NCBI GenBank assembly: GCA_964016885.1
Contig: OZ024743.1
Span: 227,416,001-227,480,000, forward strand
Direction of reading: 5' to 3'
Length of the DNA: 64,000 bases
From: Eledone cirrhosa
Taxonomy: Eukaryota
This document shows positions 46,048 through 59,892 of this stretch, piece after piece. Under the pieces are notes generated by a model, which was not told the DNA's origin, made no database searches, and saw only the letters and a list, made by a program, of their open reading frames with translations. The translations under genes were made by a program, and so were the position numbers. Every line of letters starts with the position of its first letter. Position 1 is the stretch's first letter.

Positions 46048-46102
46048 CATTTTATTATACATATTTCGGATGTACAACAGTACGTCCTCATCAGACAAAA
46101 TA
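46048..46102 (-). ncRNA. type I hammerhead ribozyme (family D)
   Basis: TATTTTGT-CTGATGA-GGACGTAC tgtt GTACATCC-GAAA-TATGTA-TA-ATAAAATG. Confidence 0.85.
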
Positions 46103-46210
46103 TAATGATACATGACATACCCTGAGATGTTAAATGGTTAAGATTTAATCAAGGTAGTACCTAATTAAATCTTAACCATTTAACATCTCAGGGTATGTCA
46201 TGTATCATTA

Positions 46211-46265
46211 TATTTTGTCTGATGAGGACGTAATATTGTACATCGGAAATATGTATAATAAAATG
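46211..46265 (+). ncRNA. type I hammerhead ribozyme (family D), stem II base mutated
   Basis: TATTTTGT-CTGATGA-GGACGTA atattg TACATCG-GAAA-TATGTA-TA-ATAAAATG. Confidence 0.75.
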
Positions 46266-46406
46266 TAATTGATCAAAAGAACATCTATTTTATTAATATT
46301 TATATTTTAATATTAATAACTCCGGAAAATTATTTTTTACCGTAGAGTGCTTCCAATCTACTGTAAAACTCATTCTTTGACATACTCATTGAATATTTGT
46401 TAACAC

Positions 46407-46479
<73 letters not shown>

Positions 46480-46857
46480 GACACACATATATATATATAT
46501 AAACATATATATACAAGCTCAAACACACTTACACACACACATATATATATATGTGGTGTGTGTGAGTGGGTGTATTTGCATATATATATTTATATATGTT
46601 TGTATGTGTTTGTATGTGTGTGTATATACAAATTTACATACTTTCATTCAAATATTTATATTTGTCCATGTATGCTGGTATATATCTATGTGTATATATA
46701 TATATAGTAAGTTATTCCGGGTTGAATCGGAGGTAACCGCAGTAAGTAAGGTACTCAATACATAGCAGAGTATAAAAGTTTATATATATATATATATATC
46801 GTACATAGACAAATATAAATATTTGGATGAATGTATATAAATGTACACACACACACG

Positions 46858-46940
<83 letters not shown>

Positions 46941-47012
46941 TCATGTTAAATTTGAACTCTCTTTGAGCACGTGAGATAGCATGTCTGTTTTTCTTGCTAA
47001 ATATATGCGCAG

Positions 47013-49314
47013 ACTCGCATAAAACCACCCACCGGGTGGTTTTATGCTAGTATATATATATTACACATATATACGTGTATATATATATATATATTACACA
47101 CGTAGAAATGTATATATATTTCTGTGTGTATATATATATATATATTACACACACAGAAATGTATATATATTTCTGTGTGTGTATATATATATATATTACA
47201 CACACACAGAAATGTATATATGTTTCTGTGTGTGTATATATATATATATTACACACACCCAGAAATATATATATGTTTCTGTAGCACTCCTCAATTCCCC
47301 CCTCTCTCCCTCCCGCTATCCCCCTCTTGTAGTCTGTCTCTTCCTTTCACTCTCACTCTCTATCTACGCGTGCGCAAAAAACATTCGCACGCGCGCACGT
47401 GTTTTAGCGTCTATTCACTCTCTCTCCCTCTCTCCTTCCCGCTATCCCCCTCTCGTAGTCTTCTCTTTCTTTCACTCTCACTCTCTCTCTCTCTACGCGT
47501 GCGCAAAAAAGATTCGCACGCGCGCACGTGTTTGCACTGTCGGACAGACAGACAGAGAAATTGCTGGTTATATATTATAAGGAGATTACATATACATATG
47601 TAACTATGTATATCATCATCATCATCCCCATTATATATATATATATAATATGGGCCGAAGCTGAAAAAAATTTTGTTTGGCAGCTCTAATTGCGCCTTAA
47701 GTTTATTCAAAAAATTGTATACCAACATATTCGAATACCAGGCACTATTGGAATCAACAATAGCAGCGTCCTGAAGGTCATTACAAAATACAAATTCGCG
47801 AGAATTAGTGTTTAAGGCTTGGAAGGTGGTAAAAAAATCCACAAAATCTTCCATTCTTTTAAAAACAAAATTCATTTTTAATAATATTTAAATAACTGGC
47901 GGTTAGAAAGAAATATTCCTATGAAACTTTAATCATACCATTAGCTTTGAATAAGGAAATTTTTTTTTATTGTCAAAACAAATGTTCAAATGTTAAACTT
48001 CCATTTTTTTTATTATTTCCAATTTTTTCATTAAATTGAACACTGGACATTGGCTTGGCTACTGGAAATTAAATCGTATTTAATTGTATTTAAATTTCTA
48101 ACCTTATTTTATTATTTATATTTTTTCAATAAGAAATTAAAAAAAACAACAAAAATTGAAGGATAAAATTGAACAAATCAAACGTAGGTTATGGAACTGC
48201 GCAATCTGATTAATAAATTACCTCATCAGCAGCAACCTTCTTCAAATGGTCCTTATAATCAGCAGCAACAACCACAAATTCAATGGCAACCTTCTTCGCA
48301 TGGTGTCAAGTCAGAACCGCCTCGAACTGGTTACTTCTGGCTTGTGCAAGGTGTCTCTATAGCAACCAGCGATTCCCTCGGCCTCAGTGACCAAAGTCAG
48401 TGGAGAGGGGAAGGTAATGTTTCTGTAGCATGTGTTTTAGCGTCTATTCACTCTCTCTCGCTCCCTCTCTCCCTTCCGCTATCCCCCTCTCGTAGTCTGT
48501 CTCTTTCTTTCACTCTCACTCTCTCTCTCTACGCACGTGTTTCCACTGTCGGACAGACAGACAGAGAAATTGCTGGTTATATATATAAGTAGACTAGCAG
48601 AAAACCACCCGGTGGGCGGTTTTCTGCTAGTAAATCTGGTGTATATACTGAAATTTTAATCATACCATTAGGTGTGAATAAGGAAATATGTTTTTATTGT
48701 CAAAACAAATGTTCAAAAGTTAAACTTCAATTTTTTGAATTATTTCCAATTTTTTCATGAAATTGAACACTGGACATTGGCTGCTGGAAATGGAAATTCA
48801 ATCGTATTTAATTGTATTTAAATTTTTAACCTTATTTTATTATTTATATTTTTTCAATAAGAAATAAAAAACAACAACAAAAATAATTGAAGAAAAAAAT
48901 TGAACAAATGAAACGTAGGTTATGGAACTGCGCAATCTGATTAATAAATTACCTCATCAGCAGCAACCTTCTTCAAATGGTCCTTATTATCAGCAGCAAC
49001 AACCACAAACTCAATGGCAACCTTCTTCGCATGGTGTCAAGTCAGAACCGCCTCGAACTGGTTACTTCTGGCTTGTGCAAGGTGTCTCTATAGCAACCAG
49101 CGATTCCCTCGGCCTCAGTGACCAAAGTCAGTGGAGAGGGGAAGGTAATGTTTCTATAGCACGTGTTTTAGCGTCTATTCACTCTCTCTCTCTCTCTCCC
49201 GCTATCCCCCTCTCGTAGTCTGTCTCTTTCTTTCACTCTCACTCTCTCTCTACGCACGTGTTTCCACTGTCGGACAGACAGACAGAGAAATTGCTGGTTA
49301 TATATATAAGTAGA
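47013..49314. mobile_element. Helitron/Helentron-like non-autonomous composite with internal tandem duplications
   Basis: GC-rich hairpins ending GCTAGT at 47013-47051 and 48593-48631; ~665-bp duplication 47923-48592 / 48650-49314; internal minisatellites. Confidence 0.5.
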
Positions 49315-49519
49315 TATACATACATGTATGCACGTCTTCACCCGCATGCACACACTTTTATTCCTGCATATATTTACTCAATGCGCACGCATACCCCCGC
49401 CTACATATTAATTTGTTCGTTTTTAACCTCTTTTAATTTATATATTTGTGTGCGTGTGCGTGTTGTTGAGTGCTTCAGTGCATTTCCCTAACAACTATGC
49501 TACTATAATATTTCTATAA

Positions 49520-49875
49520 ATCATCCAGTCGTTTCGGTACAACACTAGACATTCTGGCAGATATCCTGCTCCATCATATCCCGAAATATTGTAGTGTTGA
49601 GACCGTTCGAGTGGTTGATGCTATTGGACCGTGATTCTCTATACTTTCTTCTTGGCGATTTTTTAATTGTGCCCTGGAAAATAACCTTATTCAGGCAGTC
49701 GTGTCGGGATATATAACCGTATCAGGCAAGCTTATTACTTTTACCTGTTACAAGAAATGATTTCTGCCTGCCAGCATATCTGGTGGTTTTCTGCTTTTTG
49801 CATAACAAAGTTGTTTAGTTTGTGCCCTGTGTATGAAATGCGTAATATCCTTCGGAAACACTTTTGCTCAAACGC
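49520..49875 (-). mobile_element. RTE-like LINE 3' fragment
   Basis: AFEQKCFRRILRISYT ... YGYISRHDCLNKVIFQGTI. Confidence 0.7.
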
Positions 49876-49879
49876 TTTC

Positions 49880-51010
49880 TCCTCTTATTCCCCAAATTCT
49901 CTCTCTGATGATGGAATTGTACTTCTTCCAATCATAGTTAGTTTTCCTTCTTTTACAGTCCCTAAGTATTATTGTTTTGTCCATTAAGAGTTGATCCTTA
50001 TTACTTCTGCATTGGCATCTACACTATTTATCTTCCTAGGTGAGAATGTCATTCTCTTCCAAGTGTCCATACATCGCCTCAGCAATGACCCTTGTTAACA
50101 TCTTCCACATAAATGGTAAGCAGGAAATTGGTCTGTAGTAGTAAAGCATTCCCCTTTGCAATATCTTTCAAGTGGATCCCTCTTCTACCTTTGGCAGTCC
50201 ACACCGGTAATTTTTCCTCATCTTTGATCAATTTCTCTGCTATTCTGTAGTGATAAACTCTAAATCATTTCATCCAATATCTCAGTACCCCATCCTAGTG
50301 CTTTCCAATTGCTCATTTCTTTTTCTGATTTCTTGAATGCTTAGCTCCTTGATGGCAGTTCTTTGTTGTAGGAAGGATGCTGTAAGTTTCAAGTCTTGTA
50401 ACCACTCAACATTTTTACCATGCTCTTCCATTTTGCTCCAAATATCTCTCTGAACCTTTCAGCCCTCTCTTCCATAAAGGTCCATTGATTCTACTGGGAA
50501 TTCTTCACTAATTTTCTAGCAAAAGCTCTTCTACTCTACTCTAAACATTTTGTTTTCCTGGTATTGTTTAATTCACTGTTCATATCTTGTATTCTTTGCT
50601 TCTTTACTGTTACATTTGTTTATGTTCATCGACAACAACACAGCACTTTTCCTATGCCATAACTTCTTTTTGGATTGTGTTTATATTCATTTCTTAGTTC
50701 TGCTTTGATGTTTCAATCTAATATTGAAATGACTTTCAAAATAGTGTTGATGCATCCTTGTATTCAACATTTCCACCAGGGTTCCTTATTTCATCTTCCG
50801 TAATTTTGCTTTCTTTTTTTATGCCTGTATCCATATTTTCTGCTGCAATATTTGTTTCCTTAATTAAGGTGTTGGTTTCTGCCATGATGTTTGCTCTGAT
50901 TTTCTTCAGGTTTTCCTTTACTTTCTAAATCTCCTTGTTTACTTTGCAGTGATACTTTTAACGTGACAGATATAACTACTGATGTCTTTCTGTGACTTTG
51001 CTACATATCT
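49880..51010 (-). mobile_element. old Dong/R4-like LINE fragment (pre-RT region and RT start)
   Basis: [44 protein letters not shown]; many stops. Confidence 0.7.
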
Positions 51011-51789
51011 TTCCAAATTATTTTATTTCATTAACGTCATTCACCCCATTTTATTTTCTAGTCTCATTTCTATCATGAAAGACCTCTCCAACAGCCATTT
51101 ATTAATTGGCTACCTCTCTGTCCCCTCCCCTGGTGTTAGCTTCGTGAGGTTTTTCGCTATAGTCATTCAAGGTTTACATCAGTCAACCTCCCATTATATC
51201 TTTAGTTTGATCACTTATTTGCCGTTCTGTTGTCTCAATCATACTCTTATACTTCCACTCCACTGCTGACGTATTCTTCGTTGGTACCGTGGGATCAGTC
51301 TCCCAGGCTCATTTCGAGGTTTACTCAGGAATTAATGCTATATAACAACGTTTACTTGTTTGCTCCAACTAAATCTAGCTCTTGGCTGCCAACCGCTTCC
51401 ACACTGCTGCACAGTGAACTCGACACCTTTACTTTCATTGCCGGACTCAACACCATTACCCCGCAAAGTGATATCATTTACACCGCCAAGTATTTGTACT
51501 TTGCATTTCACTCAAAGAACAGGAGTGTGTTTTAGGGTTACTAACAAAAGGCGTTTTTATTGTTACACCATCACTAGATAATTTGTCAAATATTATTAAT
51601 GGTGGGTGAATATAGTGATAATGGCTCGTGTGAATAGGTTTCCCCTGTGCATGCGCCTGTAGGCTGGTTGATTTGGGGAGAGATTAGCCTTACGAGGTCG
51701 ATAAGATAAAGTACCAGTCAAACACTCGGGTCGATGTAATCGAATCTCCCCTCTCCCCAAATTGATGGCCTAGTGCCTAAATCAGAAAG

Positions 51790-51840
<51 letters not shown>

Positions 51841-52039
51841 CGGCGGTGGATTGGCAGTATCGGTAGAGAGTCGGACGCCATGCTTTCCAGCATAGTTACG
51901 TCCCTTTTCGGTTTGAGTTCAAACCCCGCCGAGGTTAAATTTGCCTTTCATCCTTACGGGGTCGATAAAATAAAGTACCAGTAATGTAGTGAGTAATTGC
52001 TGGCCTTGTGTCAAAAGTAGAAACAATTATTATTATTAT
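51841..52039 (+). mobile_element. SINE family 1, near-intact, with (ATT) tail; partial copy upstream at 51690-51795
   Basis: GGCGGTGGATTGGCAGTATCGGTAG A-box region and GAGTTCAAACCCC B-box. Confidence 0.9.
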
Positions 52040-52802
52040 AGTTGCATTTATCTTGCTTTATGGTCATACGAGTTATCACCAAGTCACAACCAGTGACCTC
52101 AAGAGACAACAAGGTCCGCCATGTTCAAGAAAGAACATACATACACACACATGCATCTTTAGATGTTTAGACTTGTGATGTACTTATATTGACAGGATCT
52201 TCCTTAGTATATGGGCAGTTCCCATTAGTACTCTCTTTTGTATTTCTCCTATACGCGGATTTCCTGGGATTTGCGATAAGTAATCATTAGACCCCTTAAG
52301 TATCATTCCTAGAGAGCCTACAACCACTGGTATTGTTTTAGTTCTCAATTTCCACATTTTTCCACTTTCTATCTCCAGGTCCTTATACTTGCTCAATTTT
52401 TCAAATGTTTTTATAGATACATTCTTGTCTATTGGAACGGACATATCAATTAGCAGGCATACCCTCTTTTTAAAGTCCTTCAGTATTATATCAGGTCTAT
52501 TTGCATCTATTTTTCGGTCTGTTTGGATGCTAAAGTTCCACAAGATTGAGATGTGATCTTTTTCAAGTATAGGAGGTGGTTGATGCTCCCACCAATTCTT
52601 TTGATGGGGCAGGTCAAAATGCTTACACATTATCCAATGTATGTATTGTGCAGCTCTGTCATGCCTGTTTAGGTATTCGGTTGGAACTATAGGACTGCAC
52701 ATTGAAATTATATGATCAATGGTCTCTGGTTGTTTTTTACATACACGGCATAATGGGTTGAAACCATTTTTTATTTTTTATTATGTTGGCTTGGTAATTT
52801 TT
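52040..52802 (-). mobile_element. Dong/R4-like RLE LINE, 5'-truncated copy
   Basis: highly similar to 56133-56887; RHD motif and RPDII..LIDMSVP..K..KY endonuclease. Confidence 0.9.
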
Positions 52803-52809
52803 TTTTTTA

Positions 52810-55800
52810 TTTCTTTCTGGTGGATACGTCTATTACTGTTAGCGGGGGACTGGAATGGCATCTTAGACGCACGCTGGGATTGTGTGGGAGTAGCCGATAG
52901 GATCGGGGGGTGCAAAAGCCTCAAGCACCTACTCAGCCAGTTCCACCTGTCTGACGGGTATCGACTAGATTTCTCCAATGTGCCAGTATGGACATGGACC
53001 AACCGAATGGGGTCATGTAGATCGTATATAGACAGGATCTTCATTAGGAAAATAAATAGAAATAGTGTGGGCTGCCCATTTTTTAAAACGGTCGCCTATT
53101 CAGATCACAAATTTGTGATCTGTACGGTCGACCTAGATAAAACGCGTAGATTAGGACCGGGTTACTGGAAGCTGAACATGTCATTTCCGGCACGTAAGGC
53201 TTACAGGGATCGAGTTAACAATTTAGTTAAGCAAAAGTTGACAGGGGGGAATCATCAACAACAGATGGTGGGGCTTTCAAAAGAGAGATTAGAGTAACTT
53301 CGATAGAGTTCAGCAAAGAACTAGCGTTAGAGAAAAATAGAAAGGAGGGGAGCTGGTAGATAAGTTAGACGAGGCTATTTGTAGTGGCATTGCAACTGAC
53401 GTGCTAGCGGCGAAATGGCATTAGACCATTTCTTCAATGCGAAATACGAAGGTTGCATTGTCAGAGCCATAGGCGCGTGCGCTGAGAAACGAGGGAACCA
53501 AAGCTGTTCGATGGGCCCGCGTGGCGGAGGTGCAGCGTGGTAATAAAACCACAATTTGGTCTTTGGCGAACCGAGACGGACACGAGATAAGCGATTCCAA
53601 GCGGATGTGTGAGGCATTTCGCCAGCACTTTGCTCGGTTGTTCGGGGAGAGTGGCGAGGCAGAGAGAGTAGCGGATTTCAGTCCCTACCTTGACGGCTTG
53701 CCGCGCATCTCGACGGTCAACGCTGAGCGCTGCGAAAAGCTGATTACTTCAGCCGAAATTCAGGACGCCCTTGTCGGCTGCATGAGGCGCAAGTCACCCG
53801 GTTTGGATGGCCTGCCCTACGAGCGTTATGTAAATATGTCAGACTTGTTCTGCGATCTCCTCGAAGCACTCTACTGCAACTGGCAGCAGATTGGGAGTAT
53901 TCCCAGTTCTGTGAGCAGGGGAGTGGTGACGCTGATAAGGACGAGAACAAGAGGGATACATTAGACAACTTCAGGCCCATAACTCTGCTCAACACAGAGT
54001 TTAAGATTTTGGCCAAGGTGTTAGCAAAGAGATTGGCGCTTGTCGTCGAGGATTTGGTTGGGGAGGCGCAAAGTTGCGCAATCCCAGCCATACACGACAA
54101 TCACCACCCCATGCGATACATCATAGAGAGGGTAGTGTGCAAACCTGGCTTCGGTGGGGCACTAATCAATTTAGATCAATCGAAAGCATTCGATAGGGTC
54201 GACCATCGGCATCTGGAGTTTGTCCTCAAAGCAGCTGGCTTCGGCCCTGTCTTCAGAAGCTGGATCGCTGCAATGCACAGCGGCACACGCTCGGTGGTCA
54301 AGGTTAATGGCCACCTCTCGGGACCATTTCGGTTCTCCCGATCGGTCCGTCAAGGGTGCTCTCTCTCTTCCCTTCTGTACGTATTGACTCTCGAGCAGCC
54401 TTTACTGCGGAAGCTGAAGCTGTTACAGGGCATCCCGCTCGAACCGGGACGTGGAAAGGCGGTGTCGGCTTATGCGGCCGACATCACCGTGATGGTGTCG
54501 AACGCCTCAGAAATCGAGGTGGTCGGCACTTTATTGAAGGAATATGAAAGGTTGACAGGAGCCAAACTTAACCCGGAAAAGTCGGTGGGCTTGCAGCTAG
54601 GAACCTAGAGAGGCAAGCCCATGCCGTCCAACAGGCTCGTCGGGCGCTGGACGGACGGACCGGTAAAGTTGCTCGGGGTTTGGTTCGAACCAGACCTCCA
54701 GGTGGAAAAGAATTGGGACGAGGTAACGAGCACAGTAGCCAGTCTCACCCAAAAATGGGCTGGGAGGAAGCTATCACAGAAAGGTCGCGCGGAGGTGGCG
54801 AATGCGTACATCGCGTCCGTCATCTACTACCGCATGACCGTCGTGCCTTGCCCCTGTCCGCGCCTCATCAAGTTGGAACGGCTCCTCTTCAAATTCTTGT
54901 GGAGGGGACAAGTTCCGTTGATAAGGCGGTCCATTAGCTGCCAGCACCCTCTACGCGGACGGCTGGGTGTGCCGTGACTAATGATGCGCAGACATGCGTT
55001 GAGGCTGCGACATCTCCAAATATTCTGCCTCAACGGTGAACAGGTGTGGTCGCCGTTTATCAGACGGGCCTTTCCGCAGCTCATTTCTTTGAGCTGCAGT
55101 CCTGGGTCAAGAAGAGACCGAGACTGGGTGACTGGCACCTGGAATGTTGCCAGGCACTCACTGCCCTCTACCAAGCGGGCAATGCGATCAATGGAACTTC
55201 CACTCTCGAGTTCTATAGAGGATTGGTCGTGGGAAGTGCGATGACGCACTCGGAGAAGCTTTGGGCCTCGACGAAGTCGAACTGACCAGTCTGTACTGGA
55301 GGACTTTTGAGCCGGGGACGATGGACAATTTCCAGAAATCCCTCGCTTGGCAGTGCTACCGGGGGGCTCTGCCGGTTCGGGATAAACTCTACAGGCACGG
55401 AATGCGCACAGAAGGACGAAACCGTTCTACACGCACTTGTCCAATGTCCGTGCATTACTGACTTGTGGAGTTATGTCGAACAGCTACTGTCGCGTGTTGA
55501 ACGAATCCGGCTATCGGCCGAGTCCATAGTGAAAATCGACCCATCGCCTTCCTTAGGTCAGGAAGAGCAGGAAATTTTCCTATGTCTGGTGGCAGTTGCG
55601 AAAGAGGTTATATGGTGGACCAGGTTAAAAGGACTGAAGACAGACACTTTTCTCTTCGGCCAATCCCTCATCAACTTCTTCAAGTTTCACCTGGAAAGGA
55701 AGGTGAGGGTGGAGAGAGAAGTGCTGCCCCCAGTCCATTTGCTAAAGGGTGGGTGAATGTGGCGAGAATGGCTCGTGTGAATGGACCTACTCTGACCATG

Positions 55801-56086
55801 CGCCTATAGGCTAGATAACTTGAGGAGAAGAGTGCTCTACCTGGGTGCCCTAGAAATGCAGGGTGGTTCAGGATTGGTGGGGTACCCGAGTCACCCCAGG
55901 GTCGTCCACCCCCTGTCGGGGAATTTATTTTGTTATTTTTATGCATAGTTTATTTTATATTTGTATATCTTCATTGTTAAATTAGTCCTGCCATTGTGCA
56001 CTTTTACTCGACCTTATTGTAAACCCCCACTGTCCCTGTCTTTGTATTGTCCCCTACATGTCGGCCCCTGTGGCTAATAAATGAAA

Positions 56087-56088
<2 letters not shown>
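52810..56088 (+). mobile_element. Tx1/L1-like LINE, 5'-truncated ORF2 (APE C-part, RT, C-terminal Cys domain), frameshifted
   Basis: AGDWN, SYIDRIF, SDHK, PGYWKLN, KSPGLDGLP, LDQSKAFDRVDH, SVRQGC, AYAAD; 3' AATAAA followed by (ATT)n. Confidence 0.92.
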
Positions 56089-56132
<44 letters not shown>

Positions 56133-56133
<1 letters not shown>

Positions 56134-59100
56134 GTTGCATTTATCTTGCTTTATGTTCATACGAGTTATCACCAAGTCACAACAAGTGACCTCAAGAGAC
56201 AACAAGGTCCGCCATGTTCAAGAAAGAACATACATATTCACACATGCATCTTTAGTGTTTAGACATGTGATGTACTTATATTGACAGAATCTTCCTTAGT
56301 ATATGGGCAGTTCCCATTAGTACTATCTTTTGTATTTCTCCTATACGCGGGTTTCCTGGGATTTGCGATATGTAATCATTAGACCCCTTAGGTATCATTC
56401 CCAGAGCGCCTACAACCACTGGTATTGTTTTAGTTCTCAATTTCCACATTTTTCCAATTTCTATCTCCAGGTCCTTATACTTGCTCAATTTTTCAAATGT
56501 TTTTATAGATACATTCTTGTCTATTGGAACAGACATATCAATTAGCAGGCATACCCTCTTTTGAAAGTCCTTCAATATTATATCAGGTCTATTTGCATCT
56601 ATTTTTCGGTCTGTTTGGATGCTAAAGTTCCACAAGATTGAGATGTGATCTTTTTCAAGTATGGGAGGTGGTTGATGCTCCCACCAATTCTTTTGATGGG
56701 GCAGGTCAAAATGCTTACACATTATCCAATGTATGTATTGTGCAGCTCTGTCATGCCGTATTAGGTATTCGGTTGGAGCTATAGGACTGCACATTGAAAT
56801 TATATGGTCAATGGTCTCTGGTTGTTTTTTGCATACACGGCATAATGGGCTGCACCCATTTTTTATTATGTTGGCTTGGTAATTTTTTGTTGGCAGACAC
56901 TGATCTTGTGCTGATATAATCAGTCCTTCAGTCTCCGATTTCAGTCCAGAGGATGCCAACCACTGATGGGTTAAAGTTTTGTCAACATCAGGATTGTTAG
57001 CTCGCTCTGGGTATTTTCCATACAGAGGCTTTTCTTGTCATTTCTTAGCCAGTTTCTGTAGCAGTTCTTTCTTTGCAGTTACTTTTACCTGCTTTGCCTT
57101 TTCTGTGTTTTCCATTTCAGCAGTAAATGGGACTTCTGAAATTGGTAGTCCATTACTGTATCTTTGTGCATCTTTTGTAATGGAATATGATCTTTTGATG
57201 CTTTCGTGTTTCAAAACGAGTTTGATCATCCAATCATGTGATTCCCTTAGATATGTAGATAATCCAATTGTTGCAGTTTTCAACGCAATGTCTAACTGGA
57301 TTAACCCACGTCCTCCTTCTTTCCTAGGGAGATATATTCTATCTATATCTGCCTTAGGGTGATGAATTCTGTGCATGGTTAAGAATTTTCGAATTTTTGT
57401 ATCGAGCCTACGGATCTCTGTGCTTGACCAGTTGATGACATTGTAACTGTAGGTTACTACTGGTATGGCAAGCGTGTTTATGGCATCGATCCTATTCCTT
57501 GCATTCAATTCCGTTCTTAAGATTGCTCTTACTCTGCGGTAACATTCCTTCCTTATCCTTTCCCTCATTGTCGAGTGCTTGATTCCGTCTCCTTCACAAA
57601 CACCTAGATATTTGTAAGTTTTTTCTTGATCAAGTTCTCTTATCACGTTCCCCCGATCAAGATTAATGTCTGAACTCTTCAGCAGCTTTCCTCTGGTGAA
57701 CGTTGCTTTGGCGCATTTATCTAGTCCAAACTCCATTTTAATGTCATCACTGAACTGCTCCACAGTGGATAATAGCCCTTGCAATTGTTCATCATTTTTT
57801 GCAAATAGTTTCAGGCCATCCATGTAGAACAGGTGATTAATGGTTTTGTCATAGACTTTATATCCATGTTTTGTTTCATTGAGCATTTTACTTAATGGTA
57901 TAAGTGCGATGCAGAATAAAAGCGGTGATAAAGAGTCACCCTGAAAAATTCCACAATTAATATTAACTTCTCCAGCTTCCAGTGATTTTGTTTCACTATT
58001 CAAAAGGAGTGTCGTTTTCCATGAATGACAAAAACCTCCTGACAACGGGGGATATTTTGAAAATCTCTAAACATTTTTCAATCCAACTGTGTGGCAAACT
58101 ATCGAATGCTTTTTATAATCTATCCAAGCAATCGATAGATTTTTGTGTCTATTATGACAATCTTCCAGTATCATTTTGTTAACCAGAAGCTGATCCTTAC
58201 AGCCATATGAGCCTCGTTTACACCCTTTCTGCTCAATGGGAAATAGGTCATTTGTTATCAGGTGGTCATATGTGTATTCAGTTAGGACTGATGTTAAAAT
58301 TTTATACATTGTGGTCAAGCAAGTTATCGGTCTGTAATTTTTGGGATTGTTTGTCTCATCATTCTTCGGAAGCAGGAATGTAATGCCGTTAACTAGCCAT
58401 GATGGTATCTTTTCTGGCTCCTTAACTATTTCATTGTAAAGTTGGGCTAACAGCTCATGAGACTCTGTGAAGGCATTTATCCAAAAGTTTTGTATTTTGT
58501 CTTTTCCTGGGGATTTCTATTTGCTGGTTTTTCTTAGAGCCAAGCGCAACTGTTAAACTGTTATATTTTCCCATATTTGTTCCTCAAGGTGAACTGTATC
58601 TTTCATTTGTCTGTCTATCCATGGGGCATGTATGTTATGAACTTTTTCTTCGGCCCAGATCTTTTCCCAGAATTCTTGCACTTCCTCCTTGGGTGGTATT
58701 GATTTAGCAGTTATTGTTGACTTACTAATTTTTCTGTAGAAATTTCTTTGGTTGTTTTTGAACATATTATTGTCCTTATAGAATCTAGATCGTTTTTCAA
58801 AGCGCCTTATACGAGCAGCTTTGGCCGACACTTTTTGCTTGATTATTTCTATCAGCATGTCTATGTCACATGTTGATTTTATACTGTACTTTTTTTTCAA
58901 TTTTCTAAGTTTAGTTTGTTTAACATGTTCACCTACTTTATAGTTTGTTAAAATTTCTATGTCAGATCGGAGAAGGTTTATTTGGCGATTGATGTTCTCT
59001 TGCCAAGTAGATTTCTTGTGGGAATTCCTTTGTTTTTTCATCTTCACTCCACATAAGTGAGTGGTGACTTTAGCCGATGCATAATAGAGATGATTTAAAT

Positions 59101-59600
59101 CAGTAATGTTTAGTTTGTTTGTGATGATAATGTTTTTGAGAATTATGTTAGTCTTGTGTATTATCAATTGGTTCTGTTTGGAGTTCTGGATCTTAGGGAG
59201 GGTGTCTCGTTGCCCCATGTCAGATTCTTTCATTTTCATCCATTCGATCATAATTTCATCCTTCAAGTTGGCAAGTTCATTCTCATTCATTTCTTTATCA
59301 ATTACGATCTCATTATTTTCATTTGATTTGGAGTTTCATCTTGAGCATGCACTCCCTCCACTTTTTCGATCCTTTCTTTAATTTGTTCTGTTGCCAGTGA
59401 TTCCGCCCCAACCCTGGGATTCGAAGTGTTACAGTTTACTTCGTTTTCACTGACACATGTTTCATTTTCCCTTCGCTGACTTCGTGCTAATAGCTTGATC
59501 TGATCAATTTCTATATCAGTTAGTAACTTTTTTCTTACAATATTTCTTCGTATATTGGCTAGTTTGTTACTGTCAATATAGCCTCTGTTTTCGGGATGTT
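56133..59600 (-). mobile_element. Dong/R4-like RLE LINE, nearly full ORF, disabled
   Basis: NYRPITCL, EQKGC, AWIDYKK, GIFQGDSLSPLLF, LFYMDGLKL (YMDD>YMDG), CRVC..ETIDHIISMC, RHD, RPDII..IDMSVP; flanked by (TAA)n on both sides; stops and frameshifts. Confidence 0.93.
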
Positions 59601-59615
59601 TTCTTCTTCTTCTTC

Positions 59616-59678
<63 letters not shown>

Positions 59679-59892
59679 TGGCGACCTACGTAGTAAATCG
59701 TATCATCGTTAGCTCCGCAAACGTTTGTTATTTTCAGTTGTTCAAAATTGCCATTCATGGAGAATTTTATTGTTAACTGTATATAAGTGCACATACGTTG
59801 TTATCTGAAAAGGACACCCAAAAAAGATTGGGGCTTGAGCTTAAAATTTAAACTTTTATAATTATGAAACAAAAATTTTTCTTTGAAACATC

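Larger units (their letters stand above)
46007..46315. mobile_element. palindromic non-coding element (family D) with two hammerheads
   Basis: ~140-bp inverted arms around AGGTA g TACCT (~46152-46162); between (TA)n tracts; right arm continues into a tail to ~46410. Confidence 0.85.

Noticed and set aside
47055-47280. Regular palindromic repeats as a CRISPR-like array
   Set aside because: Eukaryotic minisatellite built from microsatellites, with no unique spacers and no cas genes
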